Assembly (NCBI GenBank): GCA_010093605.1
Contig: MU004204.1
Span: 266,959-330,958 of the forward strand
Source of the DNA: Lophium mytilinum
Taxonomy: Eukaryota
Length of the DNA stretch: 64,000 nt
Direction: 5' to 3'
The notes under the pieces were generated by a model. It searched no databases. It was given only the letters and a program-made list of their open reading frames with translations, and was not told where the DNA came from. Shown piece by piece: positions 12,034 to 25,063 of the stretch. Positions within the stretch are counted from its first letter, which is position 1. Every line of letters starts with the position of its first letter. A program made the position numbers and the translations under genes.

Positions 12034-12430
12034 GATGGATGGCGGACAAGGTAACGATGCAGGAATTCAAATAAATCAACGCAGGGCTAGTTGGTAGAGT
12101 ATTGCGAAGACAATAGTAAGCACTCGCAGTAGAGGATGGAAAGGAGATGCTGGGGTAAGAATATATGGTGAATAGGCGGGATTAGCGGGTCGGCGAATTA
12201 CAGATCACATCTGGCCGACTCAGTAGTGCATGAGGCACATCATCCCTCCACCTTGATGTCCCCATTCCTAACCTCCCTCTCCATCACTAATTCGTCTTTC
12301 ACCCAAAGAAAGGCTCCACTATATTACTGCTCGCTACCTTGACGTCGTAGTTCTCTGAAACACTGTCCTTCCTCAGCGCCCCGACACTCGCTGCAGTTGC
12401 TACCGCCAGCCCCGCTGTCTCTTCCGGTGG

Positions 12431-15400
12431 ATGCTCCTCACTCGTGGTAGTCGGTCCCTGGAGCATGTCTGGGTAACCCGTGGCAGCCTCAAACACCAAC
12501 TCCGACCCTCGAGAAAGGCTCCCGCGGCCTTAGCCTCAGCCTCGCGCTCGTCCAGTTCCTCAGCCTTGAACACTGCTCGTCTCACCGCCACCGCGCCACT
12601 GCCCGCCCCTCAGACACGTCCTCGCCATCGCCAGGCTCCAACAGCTTTGCGACATAAGAGCCACTCGGTGACTGCCCTCCGTCCCTACACCATGACGCCC
12701 CCAGTCACTATGACGGAGCCTATCAATAATCGAACCGCCCAGCCTGAACGACTCACCGAGAACCTGGAGAGGCCGACCTTGGATGATCGGTCGTACAGAG
12801 TCATTAGGCTGGCGAACCACCTCGAGGCCCTGCTCATACATGACCCGGAAACGGATAAAGTCAGCGGTGCGTTGGATGTAAACGTTGGAAGTTTCAGCGA
12901 TGCGGAGGACATGCCGGGCATTGCCCACGCCGTAGAGCATCTATTATTCATGGGCACGGAGAAAGTGAGTTGACCTTGCGTCCCACACAAGTGAAGCGGT
13001 ACTGAAATTGAACGGTTGGAGCATCTGAGCTTTCGAGATGTCCTTCGGGTGGAAGCTTTGGCATATCTACAGTGTTCAAGACATGCTAACGTTACTACTT
13101 GTAGTATCCTAAGGAGAATGCATATAACCAATATCTTACCTCACACTCCGGGCACTCCAATGCGTACACTGCGGCCACCTCGACGAATTACTACTTTGAA
13201 GTAGGGGCATCCTCGAAAACCTCGACTAGTGACGCCACGTCTGCTTCTAGCCCTCAAGACCTGACGGCTTTGAAAGCAGAGTCACCATTGTATGGAGCTC
13301 TCGATCGGTTCGCACAGTTCTTTGTGGCCCCATTGTTCCTCGAAGAAACTCTGGATAGGGAGCTCAAGGCTGTCGACTCGGAGAACAAGAAGAATCTACA
13401 AAATGATACTTGGAGGTTACATCAGCTTAACAAATCCCTTTCAAATCCCGAACATCCTTACAACCACTTCTCGACAGGTAGTTACAAGACTTTGCACGAC
13501 GAACCGCTTGCACGCGGGGTGAAGATTCGGGATGAGTTCATGAAGTTTTACCATACACATTACTCGGCGAATCGAATGAAGTTGGTTGTTCTTGGCCGTG
13601 AGAGTTTGGATGATCTCGAAAGCTGGGTTGAGGAGCTGTTTTCTGCGGTACCTAACAAAAATCTCTCTCGACTACGATGGGATGATGTTGCTCCGTATAC
13701 GGAGAAAGAGTTGGGAATGCAAATATTTGCAAAGCCTGTCTTCGAGATGCGGAATTTGGAACTAGACTTTCTGTACCAAGATGAAGAGGAGCTTTACGAG
13801 TCTCAGCCAGGACGTTACTTCTCACATCTCATTGGCCATGAAGGTCCAGGTAGCATTCTAGCTTATATCAAAGCGAAGGGATGGGCCAATGGACTGTCAG
13901 CGGGAGCACAGCCTCTATGCCCGGGATCTGCAATCTTTGTTGTCAAGGTTAAACTTACTGAGGAGGGTCTGAAGCACTACAAGGAAGTTACGAAGACGAT
14001 ATTCCAATACATTGCAATGATGCGCGAATCGCCGCCCCAGGAATGGATCGTGGATGAGATGAAGCGCATGAGCGAGGTTGACTTCAAGTACAAACAAAAG
14101 AGTCCTGCAAGCAGAACCACAAGCTCGCTCAGTGGGATCATGCAGAGACCGTACCCTAGAGAACTTCTTTTAAGCGGACCCAGTCTTATTCGCAAGTTCA
14201 ATGCTGAAGCGATCAACAAGGCAGCTACGTACTTACGGCCGGACAACTTTCGGTTGACTCTGATCAGCCAAGACTTCCCAGGAGACTGGGACCAGAAAGA
14301 GAAGTGGTATGGAACCGAGTACAAGTATGAGAAGATACCAGAAGATTTCCTGGCCGAAATCAATAATGTGGTTGCGAGCCCGGCTAGCGATCGCCCGGCC
14401 GAGCTTCATCTACCGCACAAGAATGAATTCATCCCAAATCGCCTCGAGGTGGAGAAGAAAGAAGTTGAGGAGCCGCTGAAGACGCCGAAGCTTATCCGAA
14501 ACGATGAGAATGTCCGGACGTGGTTCAAGAAAGATGACCGTTTCTGGGTTCCTAAGGCCAGCGTGCTCATTACCTTACGATCGCCTCTCGTTAGCCTGAC
14601 GCCCCTCAATACAGTTGTGTCCCATCTCTACCGAGAACTGGTATACGATGCCTTGGTGGAGTACTCTTACGACGCTGAGATATCTGGTCTTAATTACTCG
14701 GTCGCTGCACACGCACCTGGCCTCGATGTCAGTGTCAGCGGCTACAACGATAAGATGGCGGTTCTTCTCGAGAAAGTTCTAATCTCAATGCGAGACTTGG
14801 AGGTTAGCGAAGACCGTTTCAACATAATCAAAGAAAGACTGGCACGTAGCTTCCGGAACTGGGAGTACCAGCAGCCGTACCATCAGGTCGGAGTCTTTAG
14901 CAGGTGGCTCACAACCGAGAAGGGCTGGATCAACGAGCAATTGCTTGCTGAGCTGCACAACGTCACTGCGGCTGACGTCCGCGCTTTCTTCCCTCAACTC
15001 CTCGCCCAGGTTCACATTGAATTGCTTGCACATGGAAACATTTACAAAGAGGATGCTCTAAAACTGACTGACATGGTCGAGTCAATCTTGAAGCCAAAAA
15101 TACTGCCATCTTCTCAATGGCCTATCCGACGCTCGCTACTTTTGCCGCCGGGGTGTAATTTCGTCTACGAGCGAAACCTCAGAGATCCGGCGAACGTCAA
15201 CCATTGCATCGAATACATGCTTTATATTGGCGATCCTCTGAACCGGCAACGGAAGGCGAAGCTCCTTCTCATGGCCCAGATGGCGGACGAGCCAGCATTT
15301 GACCAGCTACGAACGAAAGAACAGCTTGGCTACGTCGTTTTCAGCGGGCCGACGATATCGAATATGTGGGCTGGATACCGTATCTTGATCCAGAGCGAGA

Positions 15401-16206
15401 AGAGCCCCGAATACTTGGAGGGGCGAATAGACGCGTTTTTGACCCAGTTCGGACAGATGCTGCACGACATGAAGGATGAAGACTTTGAAGGGCATAAGAG
15501 GAGCATCATCAACAAGCGGCTAGAGAAGCTTAAGAATCTGTCACAGGAGACGAACAGGTTTTGGAATCACGTTCTGAGCGAATGCTACGATTTCGAGTCG
15601 GGTAAGTGCTCAGCAGCTTCGCCTATCTGATGCTGAAAATATGCTAATCTTTAAATAGCTGACCATGATGTGGAGCATCTCACACCTCTCACCAAACAAG
15701 ATGTCGTTGAGTTCTTCAATCAGTTCATCTCGCCGACGTCACCGACGCGTGCTAAATTGGCAGTCCACATGCTAGCCCAGTCATCGCCGGCTGCAGAACA
15801 GGACGAGCAAGTGGTCAAGCTCGTCAGCGAGCTGCTCACAGCCAATAAAGTGGCCGTCAAGGACGATGATCTCCAGAAACACTTCGAAGCAGTGGAGAAA
15901 CCCGCCAAGCAAGACGACCTAGTCGCAGCGCTATCCTCCTACCTTGGCGAGCTGAAGCTAGAGGCGGACGTTGTGACCAAGGTGGTGGAGCAGGGCAAGG
16001 CAGCGCTGGCGGCTGCCTTGACGGAGACAGAGAGCCAGAAGGAGGTGGTGGAGGCAGATGGTGAGACGCACGTGAAGCTAGGCAACGGAACCACACCAGT
16101 AGTGATCCACGATGTGCATGCGTGGAAGGCTGGGCTGGAGGTTAGCAAGGGTGCTCGACCAGTGCAGGATCTCAGCGATTTCGAGGAGATCGAGGCGAAG
16201 CTGTGA
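12431..16206 (+). CDS. STE23: Insulysin / a-factor processing metallopeptidase (M16A)
   Basis: Inverted zinc motif HAVEH, AVDSENKKN, HLIGHEGPGS, DQLRTKEQLGY. Introns about 12965-13104 and 15602-15658. Alternative start ATG at 12692. Ends AKL*. Confidence 0.95.
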
Positions 16207-17622
16207 GGGACGGGATGACGTTGGGCTCCAGTAGTTGGCTCTGGTGGCAGGCTGGGAGGACGAGTTGCATGTTTCTGATAGCGGTTGGATCAGCAGCTAG
16301 GCATCGGTGGCAAGTGCATGACACATGGTGTGAGGACTTGCAGATAGGGTTGCATGATTTGCATTGGGGCGCTTCGTGGAGCTGCTTGAGGACCTTGTAC
16401 AGGAAATGCAGGTGCCCGGCCATGCATACATAGTAAAACTAGAAACCCCAGCGAGGTGCATGCTGTTAAGAACGAACAGCATAGTTCATGTGGTGCTCGC
16501 CGGGTACGGTTTTGGTGCGTCAAGCGGCGCTGGGCCAAACACTGGCGGTTTGAAACAGCAGCGGGTGTGAGGCATGCGAAGAGTGTAGGAGAGCCCACGC
16601 GCGACTGGGCGGCATAGCGAAAGGAGATGCAGCAAGACAGTGCCTCTTAATGAAACTGCGGCATAGCCAGACATAAACAGCTGCACAACGGGTGGCTGTC
16701 GTGCGCTCTCGGCTTGTCCGGCCCCCTACATTCACCCAGACTGCAGAGTGCGTCGGACGGCAGCACTTAAATGGTGCAGCGCCCCGTCTGCACGCGAGGA
16801 AGCGCTCGGCTTGGCTGCTTGGTGGTGCCTTTCAACAGCCCAGTCATCACGTCGGGAGGGCGTTCGCAGAGTCGCGTCGAGGTGCGCGCAACCTTGCTAG
16901 AAGCGCAGGGAGCAGATGCGGGTGAAGGAGGGCTCCGCTCCGCCCAGCCAATTGCCCCCCGCGCCTAGCGGTGCATTGATCGAAAGGGCACACTGGCTGG
17001 GCGGGCCTGAGGCTGAGAGGCAGGCTGAGAAACCGGATTTGATTGTCTTTACGCCCTGTTTACCGTGTCTCGCGGTGATTTGCGTGCTGCGCTTTGGCTT
17101 CATCGACGCGCGAGCTGCACACTCAAATCGCCAACACCACACGAACGCGTTCACCACTCCCCTCCCTGTGCTCCCGACCCGTCTTAGTCGCGCCCATTGC
17201 AGCTTGCCCTACGCTTCTGCACCCCGTCTGCGCTGCAGAGCCTGCTTCCCGTCCCGAGGACTGCCACCCCGATATACCCTCATCACGCCCCTCTCGTCCC
17301 TCCTTTCTCTTCCTCAGGCTTGCTCTCCCCCAAGACCTCTGCTCTCTGTCCCTCTCCGCTTTGCTCACGTCTTGGACACCCTCACCAGCTTTGATACTCG
17401 CATCCTGTACTTTCCTCGACATTGAATTACTTCTGTTCGCGTCGCCACAGCCTATTTTATATCGCGTCCTTCAACAGCCTCGTACTCGACACCCGTCTTG
17501 CTTTTCTCCCAACACACCACCACCTCAATTGGCCGCTAGACTATCCAATCCTAGAAACCAGTCTTTGATAGACTTGCAATTACTCTCAGTCTTTCGTTTG
17601 GATTCAGTCTACCACCGCCATT

Positions 17623-19084
17623 ATGACTACTCACGTCCCCACGCGTCAGCCCTTCGCTGCTCTCGACAGCCCCAGGCTCCAATCGCTCTCCAACATCAAG
17701 AATCGCCAAAATGGTATGCTTGTCTACTACTCTGCTCTCACAAAAGACGCGTAATTCCATGTGTGCGTTTGTTAACACGATATCCATAGCTATCCCAGTA
17801 TCCTTTTCACCCTCCCAGAAGCCCACCCAATCAACAAGCACCAAACGCCGCTACAGCCCCTCCGTCTTCGATGCTGAGAATGATTCTGAGAACATCGATC
17901 CCTCCATCTTCAATTCACCCACCAAGCGCTCCAAAACCACCGATGGCCTCGCCAAACCCTCCCAGTTCATCACTACCACCCAATCTGCCCGCACCAGCCC
18001 CACCACATTGCCCTCCCCTCGCAAAATAATAACACCAACTCTACCGTCTGTCCGCAAAGCTATATCCTCACCATCCACTACATCCTCAACCCCAATTGGT
18101 TCTTCTCGCGGTTCCCCAAAGCACAAGCGTGTCGGCCTCCTTTCAAAGCGTCGTGCATCCTCCTCCCCATTTCGTCGCATCGACCCACCCGCTTTCTCGC
18201 CTTCAATGGCTAATGGCAACTCTGGTCTTCCTTTCTCAATCGACGCTGCCCTTAGCGGCACTATTCCCACCTACACTCCCAAGCCAGCAGTTACCGCCAT
18301 GCCCACTTTAGAGGAGGCTATGCCAAAGACCTGGTTCTTCGATATCCACGAAGACACCCCTGAAGAAGAGGCCACGAACCTGATGGAGCATTCCGCATGC
18401 ACACTGGACATCTCCTCGGACGACGACGGCGAAATGAGGAAAGCAAGGGAAGGTGCTGAAAGGGGCAAAGAAAACATCCCACCACCGGACTTCGTCTTCG
18501 CTTCCACCTCCACAGATGCAGGGGCCAACGTTGAGGATGCTGCTACCGAGATGACTGGGTTGGAGGGTGCGGGCGCTATCCATGAAGTCAAGCTACCTAA
18601 GCTTCGCCGTCCCCTTCTCCAAGATGCTATGGACCAGGATCGCTCGCCCCTTTCTGACTTGCCTGCTAAGGACTATTACGGGCCTGGGTGCGATGAGTCG
18701 TCGTTCGTGACGGTGGATGCTGCTATTGAGAAGCCGTCTGGTCTTTCCAAGGAGTTCGACTTTGCTGTCCCTACGTCGCCATCACCGCTTAGGGAGCAGG
18801 ATGTAGTTGGGGAGGAAAAGCCCGTCGAGGCTGAGGCCCCGGTTGAAGTCGAGGCTCCAGTTGAGGTTGAGGCTCCAGTTGTCGAGGCCTCAGCCGAGGC
18901 TCCACTTCCAGTCGAGACCGAGGTTGATGTGCCGCTACAAGTCGAGCAGGAGAAGGAGATCCCAATCTACATCGACGAGACCGCCGGACCTGCTGTGGAA
19001 GCTTCTGTCCCCGCTGAGGCCCAAACCTTAGAGGAAGTCGCTGTTCTCGTCTCACTACCTGATGAGACCGATGAGGAACTATAA
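17623..19084 (+). CDS. Disordered fungal protein with D-box, ABBA and KEN motifs (Acm1-like candidate)
   Basis: ATG at 17623 (MTTHVPTRQPFAAL); intron 17714-17789 joins it to the long ORF. Motifs FDIHED, KENIPP, RSPLSDL and several SPxK/R sites. Confidence 0.8.
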
Positions 19085-20400
19085 CAGCACTGCCACGTGT
19101 ACTCTTCGTCTCTCTTCATTGCTGTCGTCTGGTCTTATCTCCGCTAGAGACAATACGTCGTCCCAACCACCTCTTACTTTGCTCCCTTCCTGGTTTCCTT
19201 CTCAATGCTGTCTCTCTCTTGGCCTTTCCTACTTGGTTGTCCCCACCGGTAAACACCAGCCTTCCTTCATGTCACCATGAACAGGCGGTCCCTTTTCCGG
19301 GAAGGTGGGCCGAGACGGAACACGGTCATGACCACAACAACATTGAGACAGCGGACTGCGAAGCTGCAAAGATTGCCTGGGAGCTGAGACGACCACACCA
19401 TACCGCGATCACAAGAACCTCAAGTCCGAGATCTAGAACAACGAAACTCATACCTCTCTTACTTATACACTCTTTACAATGGGTAATGCACTGCTTTTTT
19501 GGCGTCTCGTCGGGGCGCTGGGGTCTATTCAGGCGTTTACCGGGCCTGAGTCCCCCCTTTCCTGTCATTTCCTTAATGTTGGCTTTCTGCTTGGCTGGTT
19601 TCTTGCGATTGCTTGTCCACTTTTCTTGCCCATCGACTACCCCCTTTCCCCGATTGTCTGTCTGGTATTTTTTGGCGTTGCTAGCTTTTGTGTTTTGTGT
19701 TTGATGTTGTTACGTTGGGAATGTGTTGGAGTATTGAGGTGGTGGGAGGCGGTTGGGTCGTATTGGTATTAAGAACGAAATACACGGATTGCACTTAACA
19801 GACCATGCTTTCATTATTACCCACCAATCATGCTAATCCCATATATCTCTAGATGCCAACCAATGCGCTTGGCATCGGTCGTGCGCTCTACGCTCGAGCC
19901 GGCTATACTTTTCCGCCTCATCGTGTCATCAACGGATAACGGCAACGGCCTGACTTCCCATTGAGTCCTCGTCTCTAAAAATTGCCTTTTATGGCGTGCT
20001 AACAACACGCTTAATTCATTGGCCAAGACTTGTAGTAGGGAGAAAACGAAAGCGCCAAGACGAATATCGGAGACTACTTACACCTGACCATGCAAAGCAG
20101 ATTACTTTTTGGGATCCTCACGACAACGACCTCTTAAAGCCGAGTCTGCTATGCTCCTCATCGCTTGCAAGATCCGGTGAAGTGGTTTGGATAAGATACC
20201 CCGCTGGTGTGTTAGGCTGGGGAGCGTTTGAGAGCTGCGGTAAGTGAGGACTTTATATCTGCGGATTCCCTCAGATTATGGAAGGGTGTCGATTTGTATC
20301 GCTTGTGTCCCTGACTCGATTGTGGTAGTAAGTCTTTTCAACCTTGCAGTCTTGATATCCATGTTCTTTGAAACTTTCATTACCTTCAAGAAATTGAGAT

Positions 20401-22064
20401 ATGTCCAACGCCTCCCCCAACAGCCCGGTCATCCCTCTCCGAAAAACCAGACGTAAAAGCCATCAACGTCGTCGACGAAGAGCTCGGCGCAGAGAACCGC
20501 CCACGCTACATCGCCGAAGATGACCTCTCCGACGAGCAAAAGAAGGAGGAAGCACCCGTTATGTGAGTAACGAAATGCAAACTCCTCTACCACTCTCCAA
20601 ACAAAAACGTACTCCATCTAACTTCCAAACAGTCGCAAAGTCGACTGGCGCCTCATCCCCATCCTCGGTGGCCTCTACTCCATCGCCGGCCTGGACCGCG
20701 TCAACCTCTCCAACGCACGTGTGGCCGGCATGAACGAAGACATGCGCTTCGACATCGGGAACCGCTACTCGATCGCCTTGCTAGTCTTCTTCATCACTTA
20801 CTTCCTATTCGAACTCCCCTCTACCTTGACGCTGCGGCCGATTGGGCCGAAGATCCAGCTGAATGCGCTGGCGTTCAGTTGGGGCGCTGTCATCCTAGGA
20901 ATGGGGTTCGCGAACGACTGGAGGGTGATTGTGGTGTGCCGGATGCGGATTGGGATCTTTGAGGCGGGGTTCTTGCCGTGCTGTCGACGTGGTACCAGCG
21001 GTATGAGATCCAGCAGCGGCGAGTAGTGTTTATGTTTGTAGAGCTTAGGATGATTACGAGGGGTTGGTAGACAGTCACTGATATTGGCGTCAGCATGGCG
21101 CTCTGGTACCTGATCAATCTCTTTGTCTCCGCCTTTGGAAACATCCTCGCCTTCGCTCTCGTCAAGCTAGACGGGTCGTACGGTATAGCCGGCTGGCGCT
21201 GGATCTTCATGTACGCCCCCTCCCCCTTTCCCGCCTACCAAACCCTAACCCACCTCCCCCCAGCATCGAAGGCGCCGCCACAATCGGCTTCTCCCTCCTC
21301 GGCTACTTCCGCGTCATTGGTTTCCCCAACATCCTCCTCGCCTCCAGCGACCGCCGCTCCTTCACCACCTCAGAGCTCTTAACCGTGCTGAACCGCGTCG
21401 ACCGCGACCGCGGCGACTCAGCCCCCGACGCGCTAACCTGGCCTAAATTCTGGTACCACCTGTGCGTCTGGCAGCTATGGGTCTACGGGCTGATGTTCAT
21501 GACCTCCTCCGCGCCCATCTACGCCTTCGCCTACTTCATCCAAACGATCCTCAAAACGATGGGCTACCCCACCGCCATCATCTTCCTCCTCTGCGCACCC
21601 CCCTACCTCTTCTCCATCCTCTGGACCCTCGCCAACGCCTGGCTGGCCGACCGCACGCGGCTGCGCATGCCGTCGTCACGCTGACGGGCCTGCTACTAAC
21701 CGCCTACTGGCGCCAACAATGGCGTGCGGTATTTCGGCGTGTTTTTGGGCGTGTCCGGGTGCAATGCGAATCTGCCGACGACTATTGCGTTTCAGAGCAA
21801 TAATGTGAGGTCGAGTAGTAGGAGGAGTATGGCGAGTGGGATTCAGTTTGTGTTTGCGGCGGTTGGGGGGATTTATGCGAGTACGACGTTTAAGCAGAAG
21901 GAGTATCCGAGCTATCGGACGGGTGTGTGGTGTGCGGTTGCGACGTAGTTTTTGCTTGTGGTGTTGGTGGGGGTGATGACGGTGCATTTTAGGGGGTTAA
22001 TAGGAGGGCGGATAGGGAAGGCTTTGTTAGTCAGGAGGAGAGGAAGTTTAGGCATACGTTTTAG
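20401..22064 (+). pseudogene. Decayed MFS transporter (allantoate/nicotinate permease-like, ACS family)
   Basis: RKVDWRLIP, LDRVNLSNA, GIFEAGFLP, GWRWIFIIEG and APPY are recognisable. Frameshifts or deletions near 20430, 20985, 21672, 21710 and 21997, plus an in-frame TAG at 21946. Confidence 0.85.
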
Positions 22065-22419
22065 AGGGAAGGGAGTGGGTTGGGGGAAATAGGGAAGTAG
22101 AAATGGGGAAGGGTGGATGTATAAAGCTTAGTTTAGATGATGGGGCAGAGTTGAATGCTACACGTGAGGAGTTTGAAAAGAACTTAGACGGCAATACGAA
22201 TGATGACCGTTTTGGAGTATTTCTAGCATCGACTGTGGCTAGATTCTCGTGTCTTGGTATACTAGGTGGCTTATGTTGAGGGCCTGTCTAGCTACGCTCC
22301 CTTAGAAAGACATTCTTGCCGAGTTTTCCCTATACGTACTACCTTCGCCGTAGACAAGCTTATGGATGTACAGTTACACGCGATCGCCGGTATGAGGCGG
22401 GATGGTGAGTAGACCTAAC

Positions 22420-23505
22420 TCAGCTCGAAGGCACTTCATCCACCCACGGAATCGCAGACTGAGCGCCTACCTTTTGTACAGTCTCCGAGGCGGCTCGGTT
22501 TGCATACTCGATGGCGGCGTCGATATCAAAGGACGTTGCGCCACGAGCAACCGAGACAGCATACGCCCCTACGAAGGTGTCGCCAGCAGCAGTGGTGTCT
22601 ACTACTTTGACCTTTCGGGCCGGTAGAACTTTGGCTGGCTGAGACTTGGTATGGCGGGCAGCTGTTTGGTAGTATACCCCCTGAAATCTTTAGGATAGAG
22701 CTGTAAACAGTCGAGATGCAGACTTACCTCGGCGCCTAGAGTGATTATTACATTCTGAACGCCTCCGTTGATGAAGACGGAGGCTACATCGTTCCATGAT
22801 GTTGGGTTTTCGATTCCGGATAGAATAGAAGCTTCCGTCTCGTTCACGATCAAGTGATCAAGACCCTTGTAGGCGTCTTCCGGAAGAGGAATTGCGGGAG
22901 CTGGGTTCAGAATAACCACAATATTGCGTTCCCTTGCGGCTTTCATATTGAGAAGAACCTACCTTTTGTTAGGCATGTGTTGATAGACATGTCTGGGTTC
23001 ATTGTCCAGTTTTAAATGCACGAGAACCTACCACTTCGATAGGAACTTCCAACTGGAACAGGGCAACCGTGGTGTCAGGTTGGAGAAGGTCTACGACCGG
23101 CACATTATAGTTGGCTCCAGGGGACAGCAGAATCCTGTTCTCTCCAGTTTGACTTTCAACAAGAATGACAGCCACTCCAGTCTTCTGATTCGGCAACTTC
23201 TGCACTTTTGACGTTTCTACTCCGCCCGCTTGCAAACTCTTCAAGAAATCGTCCGCGAATTGGTCGTCACCCACAGCCCCAACCATGCGGACCTCTACAT
23301 CTGTGGACTCCCCTTTTCGGGCCTGTGACCGTGTTCGAGACACTCTTGCGCATGCTACTGCTTGGTTGGCACCCTTGCCGCCAAACCCCGTGTCGAATGA
23401 TTCCGCAGTTAGCGTCTCGCCGCCAGCAGGAATCCGGGCTGTCCGAGTGACGAGATCGACATTCAGAGAGCCAATTACTGAGATGACGTGGTGGCTGGAC
23501 GACAT
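22420..23505 (-). CDS. RBK1: Ribokinase (PfkB family)
   Basis: VIGSLNVDLV, GGKGANQAVA, GAVGDD, LNPAPA, IVNETEA and DTTAAGDTF. Two introns. Confidence 0.92.
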
Positions 23506-23890
23506 TCTGAATGTCTGAATAATCAAATTATCAAGGGAAGAAAGAAGATGAAGGATGGTGGTGATCGAGAATTGGAGAAGAACCCCTGTAACGGCTTTAG
23601 CCGCAAACTATATTAGTGGCTTGGCAATATCGAAGTGGACTACTTGATGCCTTCTCACCCTTTCCTCCATTGACTCTACAATACCTTTCAAACTCGACAA
23701 ATTCAACCATATATCTGCGTTACTAGTTAGACTTCAGTCACTACTTTCATCTCGACTGATCGTTTCACTTAATCCGGAGCCCCAATTGACTTTAGTACTT
23801 CGAGCTGGCCGATTGTGCAATCAGTAAATGCGCTGCCTAAGCAAGAGAGACACAGCCCCAAGCGATTGTATGGATCGTTAGCGGCAAACT

Positions 23891-25063
23891 ATGAGGATAT
23901 CACCATTTCGCGTTCGACTCGACAAGTCTCTCTCAAATGTAATCTCCAAACACCAATTGCGAAGGGTTTCGGAATCCAGCAATATCTTCCTCCCGCGATA
24001 CGTCCGCCGAGCCTTCTGGGAAACTTTCGATCCCACGGAAGGCGCCACGAATCCGAGACGAGAGCAGCGTCTCCAAAGTCAGGCGAGAATGCTAGAATAA
24101 GCGAGAAACCTCTTCGATGCCGCACCACCGGAAAGTCTTGAAAGCGCCACGCACAGGTTAGCCCTAGTTGAAAACCGAATTCGGTTCGAGGAGTGGTATG
24201 AGCCGTTTCGTCGGGTAGATGAAGGCCGCGCACGACTCTATGAAGTCCTCACCCAGTGTCCGTTTCCGGTTTTGCTTGAGACTAGGTCGATATGGCGACC
24301 AGGAAATGAACTGGACCGCGACTTCTTGCATATCAGGAGGAAGCTTTACCCGGTGTTGGAAGACCTCCAATCCGAAAAATATCGCGGCAACATGAAAATA
24401 CGACATGACGCTGCGTCTTTCTTTGAGCTCGCAATCGAGAGTTCGGAATCAACAGAGCAAGCATTTCGAAGCCTTATGACCCAGTCACCTAACAAAGCTA
24501 CTCTTGAAAAGATTTTCTCGCAATACCTGTTGTTTGGGGACCCTTACAATGGGGTTTCTCGTAAGTTGTGGGGGCTCCACAAAACTTTCAACATGGTGTT
24601 GCGGACTTCAATGAAAGGGCCGTCTTCGCATACAGGTTCAAAGATCCGAAAACCTGGGGCCAAGCGTCCTACGAGTCCAGTGACAGGGTCCGATTCTCAT
24701 GGAGTGGGTTCAAAGTTCGACCAAGCCAGCTCTGATCAATTCGCGACGTGGGTCCAAGAACTCAAACTCCTAAAAGAGCTTCAACGCAACACATCCAACT
24801 CGGAATTCACTTCCAACCGTTCTCCGAAGCTGGTTCGAAAGTTTCCTGAGCCGCCTTCGACAAAGCGGCAGATTATTCGAAAACATACCTCTGTCGGGAA
24901 ATTGGTTCGAAAGTTTCCTGAGCCTCCTTCGACAGAGCGGCAGATTCTTCGAGAATCTATATCTACACCTGAAAGCCGTCGGGGGGAAGTTGTTCGACAC
25001 ACTCTTGCGCCTCCTTCCCTAGAGGGGCAGATTTTTCGAAATTATAGATCTAAACCTGAGTGA
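23891..25063 (+). pseudogene. Orphan reading frame of about 390 codons interrupted by one TAA (24098-24100), with C-terminal 24-aa repeats
   Basis: ORFs 23891-24100 and 24272-25063 are in the same frame with no other stop between them. Confidence 0.55.
24827..25040 (+). repeat. 72-bp coding repeat (KLVRKFPEPPSTxRQI): two copies plus a degenerate third
   Basis: Units start at 24827, 24899 and about 24986. Confidence 0.85.

Noticed and set aside
16172..17789. Many overlapping 60-230 aa ORFs between STE23 and the Acm1-like gene
   Set aside because: No recognisable motifs; GC-rich promoter and pyrimidine-rich leader.
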